In this document: piece by piece, positions 26,510 through 36,739 of the stretch
Position numbering within the stretch: position 1 is the stretch's first letter
How the letters are laid out: every line of letters begins with the position of its first letter
NCBI GenBank assembly: GCA_963751585.1
Contig: CAVVVB010000014.1
Location: forward strand, 81,828-145,827
Direction of reading: 5' to 3'
DNA length: 64,000 nucleotides
From: an uncultured Chloroflexia bacterium
GTDB lineage: Bacteria > Chloroflexota > Dehalococcoidia > GIF9 > UBA5629
Notes under the pieces: model-generated
Seen by the model: only the letters and a program-made list of their open reading frames with translations
Databases searched by the model: none
What the model was told of the DNA's origin: nothing
Position numbers and translations under genes: made by a program

Positions 26510-27487
26510 TTAACTGGTATGGCTTATGGAACAGGTGTATAACTGAAGCTCGCTGCCTCCGAGATGATATTTGTAGGCTTCGGCGCCCTTAAGAAAGTCA
26601 AAGCGCTTCCTCTTCCTTTCGATGCTGTCCTTAATGCATAGTGCCTTTGAAATCACGCCTACGCTAAGCCAGCCATAATCCGGCTCATAGCCACTATTGT
26701 ACAAGTATACCGTGTCCCGGTAATCAAAGCACATCGTAGCCGCTACCGTTCTTTTCTCAAGCTCCAAGATATTCAACCTCAATAATCCCTTTTCCGCCAT
26801 GGCGTTTGCTATCGCCCTGAAGAATCCTTCCATACTGCTGGTCAAAAAAGCTGCCTTGTCCTCACGACTATCTTGGAACAACTTCAGGAAAATGTCAACG
26901 TCATGCCGATTGGCATCGGTGCTGGTGCGGTAGACCAACTCGCCTTCTTCATCCAGTCTCCTGAGCTTCCGCTTCAACTCATGTCGTTGTTTGCCACTCA
27001 GCAACTCCAGGTATTCCTCCCACGTGCCTGGCAAATCGAGTTCGACGGTGACATCTTCTTGGGAAGATGTCACTTGCCATTCCTGCCTCTCGGCGACTTT
27101 GGCCAGGCTTTTCAACACAATGGAGTCAGGCCTCAGCGGTGCCAGGTTTAATCCGGCAATTTTTTGAATGGCGAGATTATCAAGTAGTGTGCTAAAGAAG
27201 ACCTCTTCCTCGCCGGGTTCGACAACAAAGTCCAGGTAATCGCAAACGTCGCTACCGCCGATGAAGGAGGCGATATTGTTCTTCAACATAAGCGGGGAAA
27301 TCCCTACAGTTTCCCCCTGGCGTTTCACGGCACCCAGGAATAGTTTGTTCCCGGAGCCGAAGTGCTGCCACCATGTCCTTGACCATTCAGGCGATGAGAA
27401 GAGCGGGCTTGTTGATGAGTTGCTCTGAACTTTCTTCCAGTCGAGATATATGGAATCGAAGTCCTCCAAGGTAAACTGATAGTCCAT
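26510..27487 (-). CDS. GNAT-fold acyltransferase of the FemAB/CelD-like (Acetyltransf_6) family
   Basis: ~325 aa with a C-terminal GNAT-like core (YLYNSGYEP…RFDFLKG…YKYHLGG). Family assignment is by pattern only. Confidence 0.5.
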   Translation of the reverse strand: MDYQFTLEDFDSIYLDWKKVQSNSSTSPLFSSPEWSRTWWQHFGSGNKLFLGAVKRQGETVGISPLMLKNNIASFIGGSDVCDYLDFVVEPGEEEVFFSTLLDNLAIQKIAGLNLAPLRPDSIVLKSLAKVAERQEWQVTSSQEDVTVELDLPGTWEEYLELLSGKQRHELKRKLRRLDEEGELVYRTSTDANRHDVDIFLKLFQDSREDKAAFLTSSMEGFFRAIANAMAEKGLLRLNILELEKRTVAATMCFDYRDTVYLYNSGYEPDYGWLSVGVISKALCIKDSIERKRKRFDFLKGAEAYKYHLGGSELQLYTCSISHTS

Positions 27488-27582
27488 AAGGTGAGCCTGC
27501 TAAATCAGACGACGCGAGAATCGTCTACGTCTATTATAGCCCGAGTGACGAGGTTTGTGCCAACGAGGGAATGGATGCAGGC

Positions 27583-28992
27583 TTATGGGGAGGCCAGGCT
27601 TTTGAGGTAGTTGGCGCGCTGTGTTAAGGCTGAAATAGCTCGTATTGCATTCTCGGGCATGATGTAAGCAGGTATGCCGCGACGGACAGCCAGGCTCATA
27701 CCATCTCGTTGATCAACGGGGTTGCCCGGGACGAATATTATCGGCTTTTGTGCCCGGTCACGTATGCTTTCCAGCCGCGATAAGAACTCCTCATTCTTGA
27801 TAAGGACATAGCAAATCACCAGGCAGGAATCTACGGCCTCAAACATAATCTCCAGGCAAGTAGCGAAGATTGAAGGCGCCTGGCTAAAGGGAGGCCAAAT
27901 TAGGTCTACAGGGTTTGCCAGGCTGGGAGACGGCGGTATTTTGCCATTCAGGAATTCACGTAACTTCCTCTGAACACCTTCGGGGAGGGGCGAGACGTTG
28001 AGTCCTTCCCTGGCGCAGGCATCGGAACCGGCGACAGCACCACCACCGGCCTCTATCAGCATGCCCACCTCGTTCCCCTTGGGCAAATACGGGCAGCTGA
28101 AGGCTACTGTCAGATCTATAAGCTCATCCAGGCTCTTGGCAGTGATTATTCCTTTTTGGCGACTGGCTGCCTCAAACAACACATAATTGCCCGCCAGCGA
28201 TCCCGTGTGAGACGCGGCGGCTTTAGCTCCAAATTGAGAGCTGCCGCCCTTCCAGACGATTATCGGTTTTCTGGGTGAGATTTTCTGTGCCAGCTCAAAG
28301 AAATGGCTGGCCTGTTTCAGGCCTTCTATATAGCAGGCGATGACTCTGGTCTCCGGATCGCTGCCGAAATATTCCAGGAAGTCCTCGATGGTAAGATCGC
28401 TCTGGTTGCCGATGCTGATAACGCCGGTGAAGCGCAGCCCGCGCTCATTGCCGAGGAGTATAAATGTCTCACTCGCCCAGCCGCTCTGTCCAACGAAGGC
28501 GACGCCACCGGCCTCCATGGGCAATCTATTATTCGGAACGATGGTGTTTATGCCGGCTCGAGGTGACACGATGCCCATGCAGTTAGGCCCGACTATTCTG
28601 ACGCCGCCGCTGCGGGCAATACGCAGTATCTGCCGTTCCAGCTCTTTGCCCTCCTGCCCCAGCTCGCTGAAGCCGACGCTGTGGACAACGGCGAACCTGA
28701 CACCTTTTTGAGCGCATTCAGACATTACCTGCGGTACTCCCGCAGCCGGTATAGCCATAATTGCCAGGTCTATTTCATGGGGTACCTCGAGAATACCGGA
28801 ATAGCTCTTGAGGGACATGATTTCAGATTCTTTACGGTTTATAGGGTAGATGGCGCCTTTGTAGCCGTCGCTCAGCAAGCTGGAAATGAACATGCCGCCC
28901 GATTTTGTTTTGTCCTGTGAAGCACCGATTATGGCTATGGAACGAGGTCGAAACAGCGTATTCAGATTCCGAGCGGCAGTCATAGAAGTCAA
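27583..28992 (-). CDS. CoA-binding protein: NDP-forming acyl-CoA synthetase alpha-subunit-like (succinyl-CoA-synthetase-like fold)
   Basis: N-terminal CoA-binding Rossmann fold (RSIAIIGAS…SGG…GY..AIYPIN). IVGPNCMGI motif. ~470 aa like ADP-forming acetyl-CoA synthetase alpha. Confidence 0.65.
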   Translation of the reverse strand: MTSMTAARNLNTLFRPRSIAIIGASQDKTKSGGMFISSLLSDGYKGAIYPINRKESEIMSLKSYSGILEVPHEIDLAIMAIPAAGVPQVMSECAQKGVRFAVVHSVGFSELGQEGKELERQILRIARSGGVRIVGPNCMGIVSPRAGINTIVPNNRLPMEAGGVAFVGQSGWASETFILLGNERGLRFTGVISIGNQSDLTIEDFLEYFGSDPETRVIACYIEGLKQASHFFELAQKISPRKPIIVWKGGSSQFGAKAAASHTGSLAGNYVLFEAASRQKGIITAKSLDELIDLTVAFSCPYLPKGNEVGMLIEAGGGAVAGSDACAREGLNVSPLPEGVQRKLREFLNGKIPPSPSLANPVDLIWPPFSQAPSIFATCLEIMFEAVDSCLVICYVLIKNEEFLSRLESIRDRAQKPIIFVPGNPVDQRDGMSLAVRRGIPAYIMPENAIRAISALTQRANYLKSLASP

Positions 28993-29111
28993 CTTATACC
29001 CAACCGTGATTGCGCTTGATTTTGCTAGGCCGTGAACTGTTAAAAGGCCCTTTTATGCGGCGGTAGAATTATATAATAGCAGCCTGGTTGGTGGGAAGAA
29101 TGAGGAAGTGG

Positions 29112-29684
29112 TCAGTCTGTCTTGCCGCCATTGTTTCTGACTGTCGCCCAGGCAGCGCGGTCCTTCAGTCTCGGGCCTCTCATTAGACCGGCCGGTTCTA
29201 GGTTCGACGACGCAATGTAGGATCTGGACTGCTGTTGTGAACGTTGGCGTAAGGCCTTCAAGACTTGCTGGTTATCTTGCGATGCGGCCAACGCCGGCAA
29301 TTTTGGTCCCCTCATTAGACCGGCCGGTTCATGGTCAGACGACGCAACATTGGATTTAGACTGCTGTTGTGGCCGCTGGCGCAGGGCCTTCAAGACTTCC
29401 TGGTTATCCTGCAATGTGGCCATGGCCGGATAAGCCTTCGGCATTTGGCCGCTTCTCTTGGGGAATAACTCATAAGTGAGGGTATTGCTGCGCACCATAT
29501 TCAATTTGTAGCCGTAAATGTCCGAAAAAGTGTTGGCGCGGCGGCGCACAACCGTTGGTCTCTGCTGCTGTGCCATTTTGGTGTAGACTAACAACCCGAG
29601 ACCTATGGGGGTGGTAAAAGGCTCCGGCATGAATATTAGAGCCAGCGCTAGCGATTGTAGCCCTGCGTTAGTAGAAGCTTTCAT
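29112..29684 (-). CDS. Hypothetical protein with internal ~45-aa tandem duplication
   Basis: QDNQEVLKALRQRPQQQSKSNVASSDHEPAGLMRGPKL and QDNQQVLKALRQRSQQQSRSYIASSNLEPAGLMRGPRL are duplicated, and the DNA at 29160-29290 matches 29290-29420. Confidence 0.4.
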   Translation of the reverse strand: MKASTNAGLQSLALALIFMPEPFTTPIGLGLLVYTKMAQQQRPTVVRRRANTFSDIYGYKLNMVRSNTLTYELFPKRSGQMPKAYPAMATLQDNQEVLKALRQRPQQQSKSNVASSDHEPAGLMRGPKLPALAASQDNQQVLKALRQRSQQQSRSYIASSNLEPAGLMRGPRLKDRAAWATVRNNGGKTD

Positions 29685-29774
29685 GACAATTCAGGCCGAA
29701 ATATTAGGCCTATCTCCCTCTCTTTGTCAAGTTCTGTAGCGACCAAATAATTCACTGAAGGATCACCGAGGCGT

Positions 29775-30080
29775 TCATTTAAGTTTCTTTTTGAGCCAGG
29801 CAATTCGGTTTCTCACGGCTCTGGCCGCCTCGGCGTTATCGGTACACGGGCCTAAATCGTTGGCCAGCTTATCATCGCCCAATACATCGCGCACCCAATT
29901 GCTGAAGTCATTCTTGAGTGATGTCACGTGGTGGCGGTAGGAGTCCTCTTTCATATGATCTAAGCATTCGGCTAACTGAAATAGGTTGCTGGAGACACAT
30001 CCATCATGGCAGAAAAACCGTTTGTCTTCACTTGTATCGGCTAGTATTCTAGCAGCGTCCTCTCTTGTTCTTACCGTCAT
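29775..30080 (-). CDS. Hypothetical protein (101 aa)
   Basis: Intact ORF with non-repetitive composition. No recognisable family. Confidence 0.35.
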   Translation of the reverse strand: MTVRTREDAARILADTSEDKRFFCHDGCVSSNLFQLAECLDHMKEDSYRHHVTSLKNDFSNWVRDVLGDDKLANDLGPCTDNAEAARAVRNRIAWLKKKLK

Positions 30081-30265
30081 GACCGAGACACTCTTCTGAG
30101 GGCTATCCCTTGACCGTAAAGCTGGGCATGTCTATAATGAATCGCGACAAGTCAGAAATTTGATGGATCAATATATATATTGGTTATTGAGTTAAGTACT
30201 ACTTACATAAGTTAGCCTAACATAGCTTCGTAGCATTGTCAAAGACTAATCAAGGAATCAGTTGA

Positions 30266-30589
30266 ATGGCGAAGTGGACTTTCATCACCAATCATGGCTT
30301 CGTTCTGGGATATATTGCTCGTAATCCCCGCAGCACAGCTCGTGTGATTGCTCAAGCGGTGGGTATAACGGAGAGGACGACGCATAAGATCATTGCTGAA
30401 CTCGAAGAAGCCGGCTACATTTCGCGGAAACGCGTGGGCAGGAAAAATCAATATCATATTAATGCCGCCCTGACCCTGCGTCATCCCAGCCATGGTGAGA
30501 TGGCGGTGGGCGACCTGCTTAACTTATTGGCATGGAAGAAGGCTGATCCATCAAAAGAGCAGATGAAGCTGCCATTAACAATCCCCTGA
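30266..30589 (+). CDS. Winged-helix (MarR/ArsR-like) transcriptional regulator
   Basis: ARVIAQAVGITERTTHKIIAELEEAGYISRKRVGRKNQY is a helix-turn-helix plus wing pattern. Confidence 0.55.
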   Translation: MAKWTFITNHGFVLGYIARNPRSTARVIAQAVGITERTTHKIIAELEEAGYISRKRVGRKNQYHINAALTLRHPSHGEMAVGDLLNLLAWKKADPSKEQMKLPLTIP

Positions 30590-30603
30590 GCACAACGGAG
30601 TGA

Positions 30604-31434
30604 GTGATGGAATCTCTAATCGATCGAGCTGCCAGAGACTTGTTGCACAGCAATTACGCTATTGCGCTAACCGGTGCCGGCATATCAACCGAATCTGGCA
30701 TACCCGATTTTCGCGGGCCAAACGGCATCTGGACCAAGAACCCCGAAGCGGAACGGAGAGCCTATCAGACATATCATACATTCTTGAGAAACCCCAAAGA
30801 GTTTTGGGAGGATGTGCTGCTCGGCGGACCATCCTTGCTCAGCGGCATGTTGGATGTTAAGCCGAACCCCGGCCATTATGCGCTTGCCGAACTGGAGAAA
30901 ATTGGCGTTCTGAAGTCCGTGCTTACGCAGAATGTCGATGGCTTGCACGAGAAAGCAGGCAGCCAGCGAATTCTGGAATATCATGGCAGCGTTCTTAAGC
31001 TGCGATGTCCCTCTTGCGGCTCAAGGTTTAGGCGTAATGAGTATGACCTGAAAAAACTGTTGGAGGAAGGGCAGCTGCCGCCGAAATGCAAAAAGTGCGG
31101 CAACCCGATCAAGGATGATGCTGTTCATTTCAACGAGCCGATACCATCAGATGTGGCCCAGGAAAGCCTCGAAGAGGCCGAGAAATGCGACTTGATGTTA
31201 ATCTGCGGAACGTCGGCCGTTGTGTATCCCTTTGCGCAGTTGCCCCGGATAGCCCGCCAGCGCCGGGTCGAGCGAGGTCAAAAGGCGAGATCTGAATCCG
31301 CCACAACTATAATCGAGGTTAACGCCGAGCCCACCCCGCTTACGGCCGAAGGGATTTCCGATTACATAATTCAAGGGCGCACCGCGCAGATTCTGCCCAA
31401 GATTGTGGAAAGAGTAAAAGAATCGTCCCGATAA
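30604..31434 (+). CDS. cobB: NAD-dependent protein deacylase, Sir2 family
   Basis: GAGISTESGIPDFRG, QNVDGLH, and Zn-ribbon CPSCG…CKKCG. Confidence 0.85.
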   Translation: MMESLIDRAARDLLHSNYAIALTGAGISTESGIPDFRGPNGIWTKNPEAERRAYQTYHTFLRNPKEFWEDVLLGGPSLLSGMLDVKPNPGHYALAELEKIGVLKSVLTQNVDGLHEKAGSQRILEYHGSVLKLRCPSCGSRFRRNEYDLKKLLEEGQLPPKCKKCGNPIKDDAVHFNEPIPSDVAQESLEEAEKCDLMLICGTSAVVYPFAQLPRIARQRRVERGQKARSESATTIIEVNAEPTPLTAEGISDYIIQGRTAQILPKIVERVKESSR

Positions 31435-31621
31435 TCCATACAGGATTCAGCGCGCCCACGTTTCTACCTGCTATCGGCCTGATGCGGAAAGGCGAGAAAG
31501 CAACTTTTGGTCTCATCATTTTTCCTGATCACATGGCGTATCCAATTGTGGTTGGCCGGTCGAGAGTAGTCGAGAGGCCGATGTTATTCTGTGAAGAAGC
31601 ATGAATTAGAGTCCGGTTAAT

Positions 31622-32887
31622 ATGAACAAAACCAGTCGACCCGAAGGCGCCGAACGGAAGATTTTCTACGGCTATATCGTAGTCGTCGCCGCCCTAATTA
31701 TTCTGGTGGCAGCCAATGGGACTCAGGTTGGTTACGGTGTTTTCTTTAAGCCATTGCTGGGTGAATTCGGCTGGACAAGGGCGATAACTTCGGGCGCGTT
31801 ATCGCTTAGTCTGCTCATGCAAGGCTTCATCGGCATTATCATGGGGAGACTTAACGATAGGCTGGGGCCGCGGATAGTGCTGTCAGGTTGTGGGCTCCTT
31901 ATGGGTATAGGTTACTTGCTGATGTCGCAGGTCGGTAACGAATGGCAACTGTACCTGTACTATGGTGTCATAGTAGGCATCGGTATGAGCGGTACAGCCG
32001 TTCCGTTGATGTCAACGGTAGCCAGATGGTTCGCGGCTAGAAGAGGCATTATGACGGGCATTATCATGAATGGCATGGGCATTGGCGGATTAATAGCACC
32101 TCTGGCCACTTACTGGTTGATACGAACTTATGATTGGCGCCTGTCCTTCGCCATACTCGGAGGCTTCGTCTTCATTGTTATCGTTCTCATGGCACAGCTT
32201 TTGAGGCGCGACCCGGCGAAAAAGGGGCTGAGGCCTTACGGGGAAAACTCAGATGTACAACAAGACCAGAGCTTGGAAACCAAAGGATTCACCCTCGGTC
32301 AGATTCTCCCAACCGAACGGTTTTGGATCGTTGTTGTTATGTTCTTCTGTCTTGCCTTCAGCCTGCAGATTGTACTGGTACACATTGTGCCTTATGTCAC
32401 TGATCTGGGGGTTTCACCAGCTTCTGCCGCAACTATCCTGGCTGCTGTTGGCGGGACTAGCATAGTGGGTAGAGTTGCAGCAGGTCTTATGGCTGATAGG
32501 ATTGGGAATATTCGGGTCTTTATCATTTGCTTCGCTGTGATGTTGGCGGCTTTGCTGTGGATGTCGTCAACCACGGTGATATGGGCTGTTTATACGTCGA
32601 CTATCATTCTGGCATTTGTCACCCCGGGTGCGGTGGCGTTGACGTCACCTTTGATAGCTGAACTTTTTGGACTACGAGCTCACGGTTTGATCCTGGGGGT
32701 GGCTATGTGTGGCTTCACAACCGGAGCCGCTGCCGGTCCTCTGGTAGCGGGTTACGCCTTCGATGTCACCGGCAGTTATATACCGGCTTTCCTGGCTTGT
32801 GCTGCTCTCTCCGTTCTGGGCCTGGTGCTGGCTATAGTACTGAGGCCGGCGAGAATCGCCGGGCAAAAAGAAGGCTACCTCAAGTAA
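31622..32887 (+). CDS. MFS transporter (oxalate/formate antiporter-like family)
   Basis: 12 predicted TM helices. MFS motif GRLNDRLGPR between TM2 and TM3. Confidence 0.75.
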   Translation: MNKTSRPEGAERKIFYGYIVVVAALIILVAANGTQVGYGVFFKPLLGEFGWTRAITSGALSLSLLMQGFIGIIMGRLNDRLGPRIVLSGCGLLMGIGYLLMSQVGNEWQLYLYYGVIVGIGMSGTAVPLMSTVARWFAARRGIMTGIIMNGMGIGGLIAPLATYWLIRTYDWRLSFAILGGFVFIVIVLMAQLLRRDPAKKGLRPYGENSDVQQDQSLETKGFTLGQILPTERFWIVVVMFFCLAFSLQIVLVHIVPYVTDLGVSPASAATILAAVGGTSIVGRVAAGLMADRIGNIRVFIICFAVMLAALLWMSSTTVIWAVYTSTIILAFVTPGAVALTSPLIAELFGLRAHGLILGVAMCGFTTGAAAGPLVAGYAFDVTGSYIPAFLACAALSVLGLVLAIVLRPARIAGQKEGYLK

Positions 32888-32939
32888 TAAGTTTGTTTAG
32901 TGAGGATGAATCTGTAGACATGCCCCTGTGCTTTTTGAT

Positions 32940-33420
32940 ATTTAATCTTCGATCTTTTATTTAGTTTTTTAAATCTCCCTAGATCCCCCTTTTTCTAAGG
33001 GGGAAATTTAGGGTTGCCTCTTTCCTAAATTGGATAGCAGGATGATGTCCTATCCCTTTTCTAAGCGCATACTATGACTGTTCTTCCCGTCATCGCGAGG
33101 AGTCCCGACATGTTGGGGCAATGTGGCGATCTCAGCAAGGGCAGAGTAGTAACCAAATAGAGATTGCCACGTCCCGATTGCATCCGGGCTCGCAATGACG
33201 CCCGGACATTATCCAACATTACACTAATAAAGCCGCACAACCATTTTCTCCCCCGATTGCATCCGGGGGAGATCGAGAGGGATTTTCCCTTCTTTATTCT
33301 CGCCGCATGGTAAGGCTTAACGGAATACGGACTTACAATTGCCTCTAGATGTCCGATGGCAAAACAGCGTCTTGTTCTAGTTCGAAAAAACAAAATTTTG
33401 CGCGCCTTTCGATAGATCTT
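32940..33420. repeat. Intergenic repeat cluster: CCCCCTTTTTCTAAGGGGGAAAT hairpin plus inverted pair of ~45-bp GAGATTGCCACG…CTCGCAATGAC units
   Basis: tccccctttttctaagggggaaat at ~32978 is identical to the copy at ~48203. cgtcatcgcgagg…gtggcgatctc (33103-33150) is the inverted partner of agagattgccacgtcccgattgcatccgggctcgcaatgacg (33168-33212). Track ORF 33061..33393 lies entirely in this repeat and is rejected as coding. Confidence 0.7.
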
Positions 33421-33521
33421 AATCAGAATTTCATATTTACTTGTTATACTTTTGAGTGATACAATTATCTGAGAGCCAATCAGCCTCGAAGGTACTGTAT
33501 CTTAACGGGGAGGAGACTGCT

Positions 33522-34548
33522 ATGAAAAGGTTCTGGTTTCTTGCCGCTTTGCTATTAGTCTTGATTCCAATAGGTGCGATTAGTTGTGCGCCCAGCGCTG
33601 ATTCCCAACAGATTTGGCGACTGCAAGCCGAGGTAGATTCACTTAGAAACTCACTTTCTGTGACGCAGCAAGAGCTGGCCACGACCCAGAATTCTTTATA
33701 CGCAGCGCAGACACAGGTCCAATCTCAATCACAGAATGTGCCGACTACATATGCTGCGAGCTCCTGTGCACCGTGCCAAACAAACGTGGTCGCCGTAGCG
33801 CCGGAGCCATATTTCATACCGCTGTATCCCCCGTATCCGCCCGAATATCAGTGTCCACGTGTGTGGCCGTTTTCACACATATTTCCGCCCCATCAACCTA
33901 CGTGTCCGCAGCCACCTGTTCCGCCGCATCCACCATTCCCTCCGCACCACCCCTCGGGACCTCCACACCCAGGGCCCTGGCATCCACCGGCACCTCCGGG
34001 TGCACCACAGTCACTGGCTCCTTCATCGACCACATTTGAGCTGCCTGTCGCGCCGGGTGATTCTCCAGACACGATGGTTGAGCCTTCCTTAGAGTCGCCT
34101 GATTCTTTACTTAATATGCCAGAATCTCCGTCGATTCCTCCGGAGGTCACACCGCCGCCACTTGACCTTCCACCAACTCAAACGGAGCCTTTACCTGTGT
34201 CGGTCGAGCCAGGAGCTGGTGCAACCTGAGTCTCCACCGCCGACGGTTGAGTCAACGCCGCCAGTTGAGCCTTTACCGACATCAATGGAGCCTGAGTCGG
34301 TTCAGCCTGAGCCATTGTTAACGGCGTCTGAATCTCAACCGGCACCAGTTGAGCTTACGCCAACACAAGTCGAGCCTCAGCCCGCTCCAGTTGAGCCTAT
34401 GCTAACGTCGATTGAATCTCAACCAGTGCCGGTTGACCCTCTTCCAGCTCAAGTTGAGCCTCCGCAAACGCCCATTGAGCCTTCTTCCGCGCTCCCTGAA
34501 TCTGCACTATCGCCGGAGCAGCCTGAACCTCCACAGTCTTCGTCTTAA
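33522..34548 (+). CDS. Secreted protein: signal peptide, coiled-coil segment, long Pro/Glu/Val-rich repeat tail; one frame break near 34200-34215
   Basis: GGAGGAG RBS before the ATG at 33522 (MKRFWFLAALLLVLIPIGA). The periodic (V/E)EP(L/Q)P repeats continue across the frame change. Track ORFs 33456..34229 and 34162..34548 are the pieces. Confidence 0.5.
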
Positions 34549-34881
34549 TCTTTGACTCGGCCACTGAAGTAGTAGAGATTGGGGCGCGAACTTTGCCCCT
34601 ATTACCCCATGAGCCGCTACTCCACGTACCATAGCAAAGAATCGGCGCCAGCAGCTTGACGGCTGCCGATGCCTCATCTAAAATGGTCATGCTAGCGAGT
34701 AGAATGTAGCGTCCGGAGAAGTAGGAACCGCTTGCATTACGCGTGCAAGTCTTTGAAAAAGAACTGCGACCTCATTATTATGCCAGCATCCCCTGAGAAG
34801 CAGAGCAGCGACTTGTCCGCCCTCACCCGTTTTCATCAATTAATTGTCCTTGCTTTCTTTGCCCCAAAAGGAGGTCATTGA

Positions 34882-35511
34882 TTGGCCAGGTTTTCCTTAT
34901 TTCCTAGAGAAAAAAAGTTCTTCGTGCTCTTTGATCAGAGCGCTGAGAATACGGTGAAAATTTCTCAGCAGCTAAGAGATATGTTGAATACCTGGGAAAA
35001 TGTTAAGGAAAGAGTGGGCGTAATAACCGCCATGGAGCGTGAGGGCGACGCTATCACTCACCAGATCATGGCTGAATTACACCGGACCTTTGTGACTCCA
35101 CTAGACCGCGAGGATATCGCTTTGCTGGCACAGTCTCTAGACGATATTACCGATTTTATCCATTCTGCAGCCGATGCCATGTTTCTCTATAAAATAGAGC
35201 GTCCTACGGATAAGGCTAAAGAACTGGCGGACATTGTTGTTGAGGCAGCGATCGAAGTCCAGAAGGGGGTGTCGGAGATACAGGGCCGCATTGACAGAGA
35301 GCGGCTGCTTAAGGGGTGCGTGGAGATAAATCGTCTGGAGAATATGGGAGACGGCGTTTATCGCGCAGCGCTCGCCGAGCTTTTTGTTAGCACAAAGGAT
35401 TATGCCAATCTCATAAAGTGGCGTGAGATTTACGAAGACATGGAAACCGCCATAGACAGGTGCGAGGATGTAGCTAACGTTCTGGAAGGCGTGGCGCTTA
35501 AATATGCCTGA
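34882..35511 (+). CDS. DUF47-family protein (PhoU-like phosphate transport regulator, TIGR00153 type)
   Basis: ~205-aa helical protein immediately upstream of a PiT-family transporter, which is the conserved DUF47-PiT pairing. Probable TTG start at 34882, 8 nt after GGAGG. Confidence 0.65.
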   Translation: MARFSLFPREKKFFVLFDQSAENTVKISQQLRDMLNTWENVKERVGVITAMEREGDAITHQIMAELHRTFVTPLDREDIALLAQSLDDITDFIHSAADAMFLYKIERPTDKAKELADIVVEAAIEVQKGVSEIQGRIDRERLLKGCVEINRLENMGDGVYRAALAELFVSTKDYANLIKWREIYEDMETAIDRCEDVANVLEGVALKYA

Positions 35512-35646
35512 ACTTGATGTTGGGGTTTAATGGTGACGCTGCTACCATAGGTTCTGGCAGTCGAATTTGCCAATGACAGGGCTGAGGCTCCTTGCGATGT
35601 CGCTCACTAGTTTTTCCTCGCGTCTGTCTGCGTTGAAGGCCGTACA

Positions 35647-36648
35647 ATGGACCTAAACTTACTATTCATAATTTTCATCATCCTCGTAGCTCTAGCCTTC
35701 GACTTCACTAATGGCATGCATGATGCGGCAAACTCTATTTCTACAATTGTCTCCACCAGGGTGTTGTCTCCTCGACAGGCTGTTATCTGGGCCGCTTTTT
35801 TTAATTTTATAGCCTTCCTTATCTTCGGTACCGCGGTGGCCACCACGATCGGCAAGGGCATGATCGATGTCAATGCGGTGACTCCGACCGTAATTCTGGC
35901 CGGCGTCTGCGGCGCCATCTTCTGGAATTTGATCACCTGGTATTTGGGGCTGCCGACTAGCTCCTCTCACGCTCTAATTGGCGGCTACGCGGGGGCAGCT
36001 GTAGTCAAGGCTGGCTTCGGAGTGATTATTGCCGGTGGCTGGTACCTTACATTGATTTTTATTGTTCTGGCGCCGGCTATCGGCCTATTTCTGGGTTTCT
36101 TGTTTAAGGTTATTTCGACATGGATAGTGCGTAAACAAACGCCGGCTGCAGTCAATAAATGGTCGCGGGTGGCACAGCTCGTCTCGGCGGCGCTTTTCAG
36201 TTTGGGCCACGGCGGCAATGATGCGCAGAAGACCATGGGCATCATAACCACTCTTCTCTTTGCCGGAGGCTTAATCAGCCAATTCAAGGTGCCTCTTTGG
36301 GTTGTTCTGAGTGCACATGCTGCTATTGCTTTGGGTACATTGACTGGTGGTTGGCGTATTGTCAAGACGATGGGGCAAAGGATCACCAAATTAAGGCCGA
36401 TTGACGGTTCCTGTGCCGAGACGGCCAGCGCCATCAGCATTTTCACGGCCACTCACCTCGGTGTTCCGGTGAGCACTACCCATGTTATCACAGGCGCCAT
36501 ATCGGGCGTGGGTTCGGCGAACAGACTGTCTGCCGTGCGCTGGGGAGTGACTCTTACTATAGTTTGGGCCTGGATTTTTACTATTCCGGGATCGGCTCTT
36601 ATAGGCGGTCTCATTTATTTCCTGCTTAAGCTGGCGCATGCAGGCTGA
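35647..36648 (+). CDS. pitA: Inorganic phosphate transporter, PiT family
   Basis: NGMHDAANSISTIVSTRVLSP and GHGGNDAQKTMGII, the duplicated PiT signature motifs. Confidence 0.85.
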   Translation: MDLNLLFIIFIILVALAFDFTNGMHDAANSISTIVSTRVLSPRQAVIWAAFFNFIAFLIFGTAVATTIGKGMIDVNAVTPTVILAGVCGAIFWNLITWYLGLPTSSSHALIGGYAGAAVVKAGFGVIIAGGWYLTLIFIVLAPAIGLFLGFLFKVISTWIVRKQTPAAVNKWSRVAQLVSAALFSLGHGGNDAQKTMGIITTLLFAGGLISQFKVPLWVVLSAHAAIALGTLTGGWRIVKTMGQRITKLRPIDGSCAETASAISIFTATHLGVPVSTTHVITGAISGVGSANRLSAVRWGVTLTIVWAWIFTIPGSALIGGLIYFLLKLAHAG

Positions 36649-36739
36649 AAGGCGTCTATAGTATTTTCGGACTGATTTAATCTAAGCTGTAGCCCTGGCG
36701 GCCAGCGATGTGTATAATTAGCCTGTTTGGAGGTTGAAA

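Noticed and set aside
33061-33393. 110-aa minus-strand ORF
   Set aside because: It lies wholly inside the palindromic intergenic repeat island. Its translation is driven by the repeat units (…RIKKGKSLSISPGCNRGRKW…) and is not a plausible protein.
33456-34548. Two separate genes (257 aa and 128 aa) for the Pro-rich secreted protein
   Set aside because: The second ORF's N-terminus (MTFHQLKRSLYLCRSS) is nonsense-like, while the periodic (V/E)EP.P repeat runs seamlessly across a 1-nt frame change near 34205. This is one gene with an indel or frame break.
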